Under the pieces are notes generated by a model that ran no database searches, was not told the DNA's origin, and saw nothing but the letters and a program-made list of their open reading frames with translations. Below are positions 11,220 through 20,000 of a DNA stretch of 20,000 nucleotides, in pieces (the stretch's first letter is position 1; each line of letters opens with the position of its first letter). The position numbers were made by a program, and so were the translations under genes. Location: the NCBI GenBank assembly GCA_049999805.1, contig JBNGIO010006099.1, positions 344,902 to 364,901 on the forward strand. Direction: 5' to 3'. This stretch comes from Folioceros fuciformis. Its lineage: Eukaryota.

Positions 11220-11576
11220 AGCCCCGCTCCTGGTGCTCGGCGTGGTGCTGCTCGAGATCTCCCTCCCGGCAGAACGAATAGCTCACAAAGCGCTGCCTCG
11301 GCTCCGGGATGTCATGAATAACAGGTGTGCAATCACGCTTGTCCGAGAGAGGAGACGATCGGCAATCGGATCTCACAGCAATTTCACTCCTTGGCTCCCT
11401 GGGACGAGCAGGATCCAGAATCCCGTAGCCATTCACGAGGCAGACACGGCACGAGCACACATGCCGTAGCACTGAATCTCACAACTTACTCTCGTCATCC
11501 CAGAACGAGAAGTGGCTGGCGCAACATACTGTACATGGCCTACATCGCTAACCTCAATACGATACGCCATCGTAAC

Positions 11577-11593
11577 TTTTTTTTTTTTTTTTT
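11577..11593. repeat. Poly(T)17 homopolymer upstream of the START-domain gene
   Basis: Run of 17 T directly visible. Confidence 0.9.
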
Positions 11594-12336
11594 CCCCCAT
11601 TGCAACGTTGGAGAGAAGACTCTACTTCCGTAAGGGTCCTATGTTTTTTACGACAGGCCCGGCCCCGGTTCTTATCATAAGGCAATGAAATTCGTCGAGT
11701 AATTCGGTATACACGTGAAATGAAGAATTATCAAAGTACTGTACATACGTCCAGGTCCGTGAGCCAGTGTTAGACAGCTCAATTCCAGTTAGATGCAGGC
11801 AAAAAGGCACAGCCATTGGGCGGGCCGACCGTTGCAGATCAGGGGGAGATATTTTTTTGGATGGGATTTGTTACATCGACGGCATATCGTGAAGGCCTGT
11901 CCTTGAAACGTGGCATGCTTGAAATTTGGATCGTGGCAGCGCGCCCTTTTGTGACAGTGGCTCCGTCCCCAGCAGAGGGATCACTCTTCATACAATCTAT
12001 CATCTTTTCAGTAGGTCTGTACCAGACTAGTACACAACGGCGTGGTTGTTAGCACCATCTTGTGGGTTTCACGAAGGTGAGCCGCGGGTGGAAAAGGCAA
12101 GGCCGGGCAACATACCACACGGTCAAGTCCTGGCCAACTGGTAAGCACAGGGAGCACGGAAGGCAACTTGACCGCAGGCAACCTCTCGAAACCGGCAGGA
12201 CCCAGTGCACACAATCCATGCAAGATAATGTCAAGTTGATTGCGAATCGTTAATAAAAAGGAGAGGCTCCCAAATCCCTTAAGTGCAAGCCACAAGTCCC
12301 ATGATGGGAAAAATCCTTCAAATCGAGCTGGGTGAC

Positions 12337-15092
12337 TCACAGTCCCAGTCCTACCGTTCGCCCGTCCCTGCGCCGCAGACCAGCAGTGAACTGCTTCTCC
12401 AGATCCTGCTGCAGCTCTCTCTGTTTCTCCGCGGTGAAGAGCCCGCTCTCTGCCTCCCCTGCATCCTTGTGCTCTCCCTTGACACCCTACAAGGGACGAG
12501 GGGTAGCATAGGACACTCAGGCTCTATACAGGTGTTAGCAACGTGGGTTGGCAAATTCCACATGTCTTCAAAGCACCAACCGCAACAACTGAACTGCAAG
12601 TGTAAACCACATCTGTCTGTTCGGCAGCAACACCGAACCTAAGAAAGCGTGCTGTGAAGTACGGGCTAGAAAATGAAGCAAGGGCTCTGTAAGGTATCAG
12701 TTTCCTTACCATGAGCTTTTGGAACTTCTCTTGCCGATCACGGTCAGCGAATTGCACAGTGTCCCATCGGTTTGTACCTGCTAAGGCGGCCGGTTCCTGG
12801 ATTGGCGAACAATTCTACAATCATCCCACTGATGTCAAGACTTGCACGACACTGCTGACTGACTCTTCCCGTGTCAAAACACAAGGCTCGACACCTCTAC
12901 GGAGTTTTCGCTGTGGCAAACAACTTCTCACCTGCTCAACCTCTTTCTTCTTTCCCCACAGTAGCTTCTTCTTCTGATCAGCAGACAGACATCCAGAAAC
13001 TCCGAGATTCTTGTTCACTGCACGAGATTTTCAAGATGGCGAGGAGCGTTAAAAATCTTGTGAGGACCGTCGACTCTACATCCACCGAATGCAACTTGTA
13101 CAAAGCTCCGTCACTGAGCAACTAAAGCATAAGGAACATGTGGCACATAAGTTTGTGAAGCTCACCCATCTCTGCCGCCTTCAATGCAGCTAGCTTTGCA
13201 ACAGAAAGGTCGTTAGCAAGGTCTCCAGTAGTTCCTCCTGGTTCAGACTGAGTATTAGCCTCAGGGCCCCACTTTGAGCTTTTCGACATTTTAGCCTCGC
13301 TGCAATTAACCACCCGCTTGCTCTCAGGTGGTGCCACGCCCGATTGCGGCGCCGGTGCAGACGACCTCTCAACCAAAGATGCGCGATCATCACCATCCAC
13401 TGAACCACCAGTCGCTTCATTTTGGATCTCTCCATCTTCCACCTTTGATGGTGATGCTTTTTCCGTAACCAACTTCGAATTTTCGTCCTGTCCTTTAGTA
13501 CCCTCACCTGCTGCCTTGCTCTCACTCTGTCCGACAGCAGGTCTGTTCGAACCATCCGACCCATGCTCGTCTTCGACTGCTTCACTGGACAGACTTGCAC
13601 GCTCTGTCTGCCCCGCATGGTTTTCCTTCTCTTGTAGAGACAACGTCCCGCCGCCACTGGTTTTTTCTGCGCATGAAGCCCTTTTACTATTACTAGCATC
13701 CACATGATCATCCCTGTCTCTTAGTTGTTTAGCTTCTTTTGAAGCATAAACATCTGGGCGATGGTCTCGTTCCTTCAAATCCCCCCGCCCAATTCGATCC
13801 CTGAGGTCGTATCTTTCTTTCAGCCTATCTCTCTCCTTCAAGGTATCCTTACTCAGATGATCTTTGGCATCATCCCCATCCTTGTGCACCCTCTCACGCC
13901 GTCTGTCTCTGTCCCGAGGTTCATCCTTGTTGCTGACTCTGTCACCATCTCTAGCTCTGGCCCTCTCCCTCTCTCTGTCCCTCTCCCTCTCAGCATCTGG
14001 TACCGCGTTCGCATCCCTTCCACCGATGCGGGTCTCATTTCTTCCCCTGTCCCTCCCACGGTCTCTCTCCCTTTCCCTGTCCCTCGACCTATCCCATGCC
14101 CCCCTTCCTCTCTCTCTATCCCTGCTCCGATCCCAATCCTTGCCCCTTCCACGATCGCCATATCTGTCCCTTAAGCTCCTGTCATGCATTCGGTTATCAC
14201 CATCTTGAGATGCGTGATCGTTCCTTCCTTCGCCATGTCCATCCCGTCCTGAGTGGCTGCTGTAAGCTCGTTCGTGATGTCCAGATGGCTGTCGCCTACC
14301 GTAATCCCGGTCACTAGGTCTTGCAAAGCTGTTGCTCGTTCCATTGTTTCCCTTCCTGGACCGGCTGGCGTCAGCATCCCTCTGATCAGCGTTCAGCCTG
14401 CGCTCCTTCTTAGCATGACCGTAAGCTCCACTGCCGCTGCCGCCTCCACCGGCGACACCCGGCGACACGCTCCGGTCCCGCTTCCATCCACCTGACAACA
14501 AATGCAACGCGCAACTCAGCCAAGCTCCCTACCCGGGAAAAGAACAAGGCAAGCTTCTCCACACACGACGTCGGACGATTTTCTTGCTCAAACTGACCTA
14601 GCAATCACAGCGGATCCGCAACAAACCTCCACATCCCGTAGGCATTTGCACACGAACACTACCTGTCCCCCAGCTTCACGCAATGCTGATCAAGATACTT
14701 TCACACAACATTGCCTGCAAAAGGAAGCTCTCGGGAAGGGGAAATTCAGTTGCCTGAGATGCAACAGCCGCAATCACTCCTCCTGCCAGCAAACGGCTGC
14801 CACAAGCTGCCGGAATTCCACAAGCAGGAGACACCCGGACTCAGGCTGCCGCAACAGCAGCAGCAGCAGTCACAGCAAGCGACAGAGTCCTAGCACGGGG
14901 AGAAGAAGCAACCGAACAGGCATCCCTACCGGCAGGAGGAGGCGAGGGCGACGTGGACGCAGATGGCGATCGCCGTCGGTAGTTGCGCTGCGAGGTGTCG
15001 TGCACAGGCTTCCGAAAGCCCGGCTGCCGCTCGCCTGGCTCCTGCCCGTGGCCCGGGGACGACGTATCTGCCTCCATCTCCACGGCCGCCAT
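12337..15092 (-). CDS. Arginine/serine-rich coiled-coil protein 2-like (RSRC2-like) with RD/RE dipeptide-rich region and C-terminal small-acidic-protein (SMAP)-like domain, about 603 aa
   Basis: Exons 15092-14930, 14491-13166, 13017-12932, 12796-12710, 12486-12337 (1812 nt, GT-AG, TGA at 12339-12337). N-terminal FRKP..RNYRRRSP, a central RDRERERDR low-complexity region, and a C-terminus AKLAALKAAEMVNKNL..SADQKKKLLWG..RWDTVQFADRDRQEKFQKLMGVKG..QRELQQDLEKQFTAGLRRRDGRTVGLGL*. The start could instead be the ATG at 15077. Confidence 0.85.
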
Positions 15093-15381
15093 AGCCGCTC
15101 GCTCCGCCCTGCTTCACCTCCACGGCAGGGCCCCGCGAGGAAGGAATAACCTGAGGCTACACCGGGGATAACAACAGCGTAACGGGACGGCCGGAAACGC
15201 TACGGTACTAAAAAAACCCTTCCGCTTTACGATTTCTGAGAACTTCTGATCCTGGTGGATAACGGCGTCTATTTCACAGCTACTGTCACACAGTCGGCAC
15301 AGAAGCTGGGAGGCCATGCAAAGCTGTGACTCCATACATATCCTCAAATATCCCACGCCCGGTCCTTTTTTTATTCTACAG

Positions 15382-17181
15382 TTACAGGTTGAAGGAAGCT
15401 TCAGGGAATGTGCGGACAAGGAATGTGTACAAGCCACCACCCAGAAGCAGGGCTCCACTGCAGAGAATTCACACAACCATATCAGAACAGGAAAAGGGTT
15501 TGCCTGAGAAATGGCGATGGAGGAGGCTTACAAGGAGAAGGAACGGGAACAGGAAGGGGCTGGTGCTTGCGTAAACCGAAGCTCACCTTGTGGGATTGAT
15601 CCAGGCAGAGAACTTTCGAAGGGACAGTATTTGCTGAACAACCAAAGAGGTATCAACAAGGAGCGCCGGCAGCAATCTGCAACAATCGCAAAGGCAACGA
15701 ACACGGTAGGAAGCATGGTCGTACCTGCAGGGCACCGGCGAAGGAGGCGGCAGCCAGAAGAGGGGCAACGTATCCTGTGGTGTACGCAAGGAGCAAAGAG
15801 CCTCCGATTATAGGGTCCTGCAAAGGCCAGGCGTGTCCAATCAGGTGCTGATGAGCAAGATGCTGCTGAATGGTGGGGCTTGCGTGTGACTGGAGTCACA
15901 CACAGAGGCCAGCAGGAACTTGCCTGAGAAGCTGCAACATAGCTGAGCAAGGTGGCCAGGACAGGCGTGCTGCATGGGGATGCAGCCAGGGCGAAAGTCA
16001 GGCCTGCCAGATATGCTTGCACAGCTGCACCGCACCCCACACACAAGCTTAGGCTCAGCATTTTTGGCATGTGCAGGACCTTCCTGTGGAGGCAAGGGAG
16101 AGGTGACGGTTGGGGATTGATGAACGCTCACTTGGAGGAAGATTAGCAGCTGCAGTCCTTGGGTCGAAGTCGCCGAAGAATGAAGGCAATTGCAGCTCGA
16201 TGACCTTCGCATCCAACATCGACACCGCAGTTGAAGATGCCTTCTTCAAAGTGGCAGAAGAGCACGCATCACGAACACACATACACACAGAACCACATAC
16301 CTCCAGCAGATTAAGACCCATGATCATGGCAACTCCAGACACGGCAATGGGCAGGCCCTGCCCAATCTGGCCGTACGCCTTCCCTGCCAGGGAAGCCCCT
16401 ACTCCAAGGAGAGCCAGAGTGGTGGCCAGCCCGAGAGCAAATGCAACAGAGTCCACCGACAGCTGCATTCAACACAAAACTCTGGTGACAGACCAGCTGC
16501 TGTGCAACAAGATACACAAACACAAATTGGCAACATGACATAACATAACCAAACCAAAGCCAAACCTGAGTGCGATCTTTCCCCGACCCAGACGCACCTG
16601 CCATGCACCTTGCACGTCAGAACCCTCACCCACAAACGCACAAAACCCATTCAAACCAGACTCCACTTTCCTACCGATGTATCCCAACGTGAGCGGCAAG
16701 ACGCTGAGCGTGCACGGCGAGAGGCTGGTCACAAGCCCAGCTCCAAATATGACCGCAGCACTGCAATCCACGCAAAACCCATGAAATCCACACTGAGCTT
16801 CAACATCCACAAATCCCCGCCACACATTCGCATCCATTTCACCTTCACTTCCACTACCGCCCACCTAGCAGGACTGAGCTCCGTGAGCTGGAGCTGCACC
16901 AGATCGTTGGCCTGCTGCGCAACATTATACAGGAAATCTCCGAACCAGTCCTGCCCCGCGGCTGCATCCGCCAGAAGCAGGGGACTGGCGAATCCCAGTC
17001 CTAATCCTGGACCCAAATCCGCGACTTGGCCGACGGTGTGGGTGAGCAGGGACGCGGACACACCGCACCTCCTGCCTACCACCCTCCCCGCACAACCCCG
17101 TTTCCTGCCCCCGATCCCGTTCAGAAGGGGAGACGCAGACAACCTGCCCACACCCAGGCTGCTCAATGTTAGCTGCGACAT
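15382..17181 (-). CDS. CCDA: Plastid cytochrome c biogenesis thiol-disulfide transporter CcdA (DsbD beta-domain family), about 328 aa with predicted transit peptide
   Basis: Exons 17181-16865, 16760-16675, 16597-16566, 16462-16301, 16204-16132, 16024-15924, 15817-15725, 15633-15587, 15457-15382 (987 nt, TAA at 15384-15382). Both redox-cysteine motifs are present ([21 protein letters not shown] and [17 protein letters not shown]), with multiple hydrophobic helices and a Ser/Arg/Gly-rich N-terminus. An in-frame TGA at 17211-17209 supports the ATG at 17181. Confidence 0.94.
15818..15923 (-). other. Non-canonical GC-AG intron (CcdA intron 6, 106 nt)
   Basis: Donor CAG|GCAAGT is an otherwise perfect consensus and the acceptor is TTTGCAG|GAC. 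It is required to join YVAASQ to DPIIGGSLL in frame. Confidence 0.85.
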
Positions 17182-17797
17182 ACTTGCTTTCCTTCCTCCC
17201 AGATCCTGTCACTTCCCGCCCTGCAGCCTCATCACCGGCTCCAGCCCTCGGCTACTCCTCAATTCAGCATCCTAATTTCAGATCACTCGGCCCCGGAAGC
17301 TTCACGCTCCGATGCACAGATTCCAGGCCCGTGCTTCTCTCCACCTCGCTGTTGAAGTAAAGCTTCTCTTGGTGCCTGGATGAGGATGTTTCTACATAAG
17401 AAAAAAAGGATCATATATCCAACTATGATTCAAATCTCAGACATAAGTTCGTATTTTGCAAACTAAAACTCCATTACAAAGAAGAGCAGGACAGGAGTGC
17501 GTGCCCTTAGAAGCAGAACCCACTGAAAGCAAAACTTCAGGCTGGTATGGCTTCTGTCGTTTTAATTATGCTATGATTAAAGATAAAAATAAACCTAATT
17601 AATTACAACTGTGCAACACCTCAACATCTCTGAACTCTTAAAAGAAACGAGGCAAGGAAAACAAAGACTGAGAGACTCCTCCTCCGAGCACGGACAAGCC
17701 TTAGGGTTGTGGAGGCTTTGAGTCGGAAAGGGCAACCTTGTTCCAACAAACCCACTTCAAATTTGAACATAGTACCAGCAAAGCTCAGTCCCACTCT

Positions 17798-17863
17798 CTT
17801 GCTTATTGAAGAGAGACACCTAACAATCCCTTGCTTATTGAAGAGAGACACCTAACAATCCCT
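17798..17863. repeat. Perfect tandem duplication, 32-bp unit x2
   Basis: CTTGCTTATTGAAGAGAGACACCTAACAATCC at 17798-17829 and 17830-17861. Confidence 0.95.
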
Positions 17864-17922
17864 GACACGGACCCATAGCCCTGAAGCTTGCCAGCTAGAA
17901 GTAAATGAGCTCATATGCTGTG

Positions 17923-17970
17923 GATGTACATCTTGCAAGTAATACTATTCTAGATGTACATCTCGCAAGT
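17923..17970. repeat. 18-bp direct repeat, 30-bp period, each copy with a palindromic core
   Basis: GATGTACATCTTGCAAGT (17923-17940) and GATGTACATCTCGCAAGT (17953-17970); GATGTACATC is self-complementary. Confidence 0.8.
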
Positions 17971-18034
17971 GACAGCAACTCTCGAACAGTACATGGTGCT
18001 GGCTATCATGAATAACTACCCGTCCTTGCCTGCC

Positions 18035-18288
18035 ACCATAGCAAGATAGCCATCAAGAAGAAGGGAACACGACCGGTGACGTAGACTACTGCAACTTTAG
18101 TTGCCGCAGGCTCACCCTTGTGACTAATTCCTTTATGGGAAGTAAGAATATAGGTACCATAGCACGGCAGCAAGCAAGAAGAAAGGACACACGACTGGTG
18201 ATGTAGACCGCTCCAACTTTTGTTGCCGCAAATCCACCCTCTCTCCCTCCTTGTGATCGATTCCTTTATGGGAAGTAAGAATATAGGT
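18035..18288. repeat. Diverged tandem duplication, 121/133-bp units
   Basis: Copies 18035-18155 and 18156-18288 both begin ACCATAGCA and end in an identical 29-mer, ATTCCTTTATGGGAAGTAAGAATATAGGT. Confidence 0.9.
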
Positions 18289-18350
18289 GATTGTACTATG
18301 TGAAGGAAGAAGGAAGGACAAAGAACTCGACAAAGAAGAGATGCACCACA

Positions 18351-18519
18351 TGTCATTGGGTAATAAGCTTGCCAGTGTGAGCAATTTCAAGTTGCGTGAA
18401 CCAAGGTCATAGTGCAGTGCATGAGCTATATGGTTCTGTCATTGGGTAGTAAGTTTGCCAGTGTGAGCAAGTTTCAAGTTGCTTGAACCAAGGTCATGGT
18501 GTAGTGCATGAGTTGTATG
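18351..18519. repeat. Diverged tandem duplication, about 86-bp unit x2, with a degenerate third fragment near 18638-18680
   Basis: TGTCATTGGGTA.TAAG.TTGCCAGTGTGAGCAA.TTTCAAGTTGC.TGAACCAAGGTCAT.GTG.AGTGCATGAG starts at 18351 and 18437. Confidence 0.9.
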
Positions 18520-18746
18520 AACCAATAGCCCACCACTGATCTAGGTATCTATGGATGTGTAGAGTGTAAACAAGACCAATCCTCAATGTTTTTGCACAAA
18601 GAAGGGAAGGAAGGAAGGAAGGACAAGAAAGAGACCTAGTAAGCTTACCTAAGCAATTTCAAGGTCATTGGTGCATCATGGATGAACTGTCATCCATCAC
18701 CATGACTATATGCATAAAGCATGGATATCTAGATTCCAGCTAGCTA

Positions 18747-18920
18747 GCTATGGATGACAGCTGGTGGAAGAAGGAAATGCAATGGAGAACAACTTTAGGT
18801 AGCTATGGATGATTGTTGGTGGGAGAAGGACATGTAATGAAGAATAACTTGAATGGCTATGGATGATACGGATGGCTCTTGGTGGAAGAAGGAATTGCCA
18901 TGAAGAAGAACTTGTTGCTA
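18747..18920. repeat. Diverged minisatellite, about 55-bp unit x3
   Basis: Units starting GCTATGGATGA at 18747, 18802 and 18856, each continuing ..TGGTGG.AGAAGGA..TG..ATG.AGAA.AACTT. Confidence 0.85.
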
Positions 18921-20000
18921 GCTAGATATGCACAACCCTCCCTCGGAAGGAATGGCATGTTTGTGGAGGAGTGCTTGGAGTAAAAGACCATGGAGGAGGA
19001 GTTTGAACGGTGTGGTGATGCTGGTGGAACGGTAACATGTGGTTCCTTCCCTACGAGGGGATGGGAGGGGAAGGGAGGAAGCGGATGAAATTTTATGCAA
19101 GAGCGACACGAATATGACATGTGGGCGACGAGGAAGTTGAGTGAATCGGGCGCGACGCTTCCGCGCGCCGTTTGGAAGACGGGGTTGGGTAACTATCCGT
19201 GTTCCGTGCTCGTCGTGGGTGGCTCTATCGGCCATCGAGGCACGGCAGGAGGTACATGTTGCTGCCTCCCTCCCTGAAATGCTCTGCTCTGCTCGGCTGG
19301 TTTTCTTCCTTCCTCCCTTCCTTGCTTGCTTCTTCCTTTCCTTTGCCTTGCTTCCTTCCTTTCTACCTCCGATGTGGGCTGTTGGGTTGAGGGCATTTGC
19401 GCAAAAGGCAAGGCGAGGTGGTGTGGGCACCCGACTCGGGCCGACCGGGGCTGGGATCGCCGTCCCCCCACCTCCCTCATTTACGTTTGCTTAATCGTGA
19501 TACGGTCCGGGTCCGTCCTGGTGCCGCAGTGGGGCAGGCACTGCAGGCACGCAGGCAGGCATGTCTTTATCGCAGCGCGCCGTGTCAGACAGTTGACAGC
19601 TGCGGCATCTGCTCTGCCTCTTCTTGTGTTGCTGTTGTAACAGTTGCTATTGCAACCCTGGTGTGTGGTGCGTCCGGTCTGAATTTTGGTGAGAGGGGGG
19701 GATTTTGCAGGGGCGGGGATGGCGCGGGCCCTGCTTTCTGATTTGAGTCTGGCGCGTCCCGTCCTGGGGTTCGGGGTGGTCACCTGACGGATTCCTGGGT
19801 CCACGACGGAATTGAGGCCTGGTAGGCGGCAGGGAAGGGGCAGCAGGAAGGAGGAAGCATCTGGGCAGGAAGGCGGTGTTGGGTTCCTTTCCTGGGCGCT
19901 GGCTCTACCTGCATCTCAATTCGGGGAATGCGGATCGTGAAGCAGGAGGGGGAGCAGAGCAGGAGGAGGAGGAGAGGAGATTTGTTGGGCGGGTGATGAG

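Noticed and set aside
10620..11472. Overlapping 115-233 aa ORFs on both strands around the START gene
   Set aside because: Alternative-frame or antisense shadows of a GC-rich CDS with no motifs.
11577..11830. Poly(A/T)17 as a SINE or retrogene tail
   Set aside because: No Pol III A/B boxes or TSD were found, and it lies upstream rather than downstream of the intronless gene.
13761..14208. SL/LS-repeat and other ORFs over the GA/CT-rich tract
   Set aside because: Simply the reverse complement or alternative frames of the RD/RE-coding region.
14502..15149. 215-aa plus-strand ORF
   Set aside because: Antisense to exon 1 and intron 1 of the RSRC2-like gene, low complexity, no recognisable domain; a GC-rich shadow ORF.
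1..17181. The six genes as a functional cluster or novel system
   Set aside because: Their functions and compartments are unrelated (chromatin/repair, RQC, APC/C, lipid-binding fold, splicing-related, thylakoid redox); adjacency is explained by genome compaction.
16610..17275. 221-aa plus-strand ORF
   Set aside because: Antisense to CcdA exons 1-2 with no independent coding signal.
17798..18920. Possible CRISPR-like array (32-bp and 29-bp identical repeats)
   Set aside because: Only two copies each, the intervening sequences are themselves homologous or absent rather than unique spacers, there are no cas genes, and the context is eukaryotic.
18857..19804. Several 60-170 aa ORFs at the right end
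   Set aside because: Low-complexity translations of purine/pyrimidine tracts, with no transposase, RT, gag or other recognisable motif.
19500..19960. Possible conserved plant miRNA precursor
   Set aside because: Only short partial matches to remembered miR166/miR408/miR530 sequences and no long fold-back visible by eye.

Overview
Gene-dense eukaryotic nuclear DNA from a land plant (about 50% GC, many short spliceosomal introns of mostly 75-150 nt, intergenic gaps of mostly about 300 bp). This style suggests a compact bryophyte or lycophyte genome such as a hornwort, which is inference only. Splicing by hand gives six protein genes whose reading frames all close. (1) A 5'-truncated RAD5/RAD16/SHPRH-type SNF2 ATPase with a RING finger (+, <1-4131). 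(2) NEMF/Rqc2, a ribosome quality-control factor (-, 9376-4410). (3) A tiny three-exon APC13 (+, 9649-10053) that the ORF track does not show intact. (4) An intronless START/polyketide-cyclase-fold protein (-, 11219-10377). (5) An RD/RE-rich RSRC2-like protein with a SMAP-like C-terminus (-, 15092-12337). (6) Plastid CcdA (-, 17181-15382). The last 2.6 kb is non-coding and contains a cluster of five unrelated tandem duplications. I found no convincing novel multi-gene system. The best leads are a candidate frameshifting alternative 3' splice site in the RSRC2-like gene, a SNF2 with atypical helicase motifs, two GC-AG introns, and the repeat cluster.
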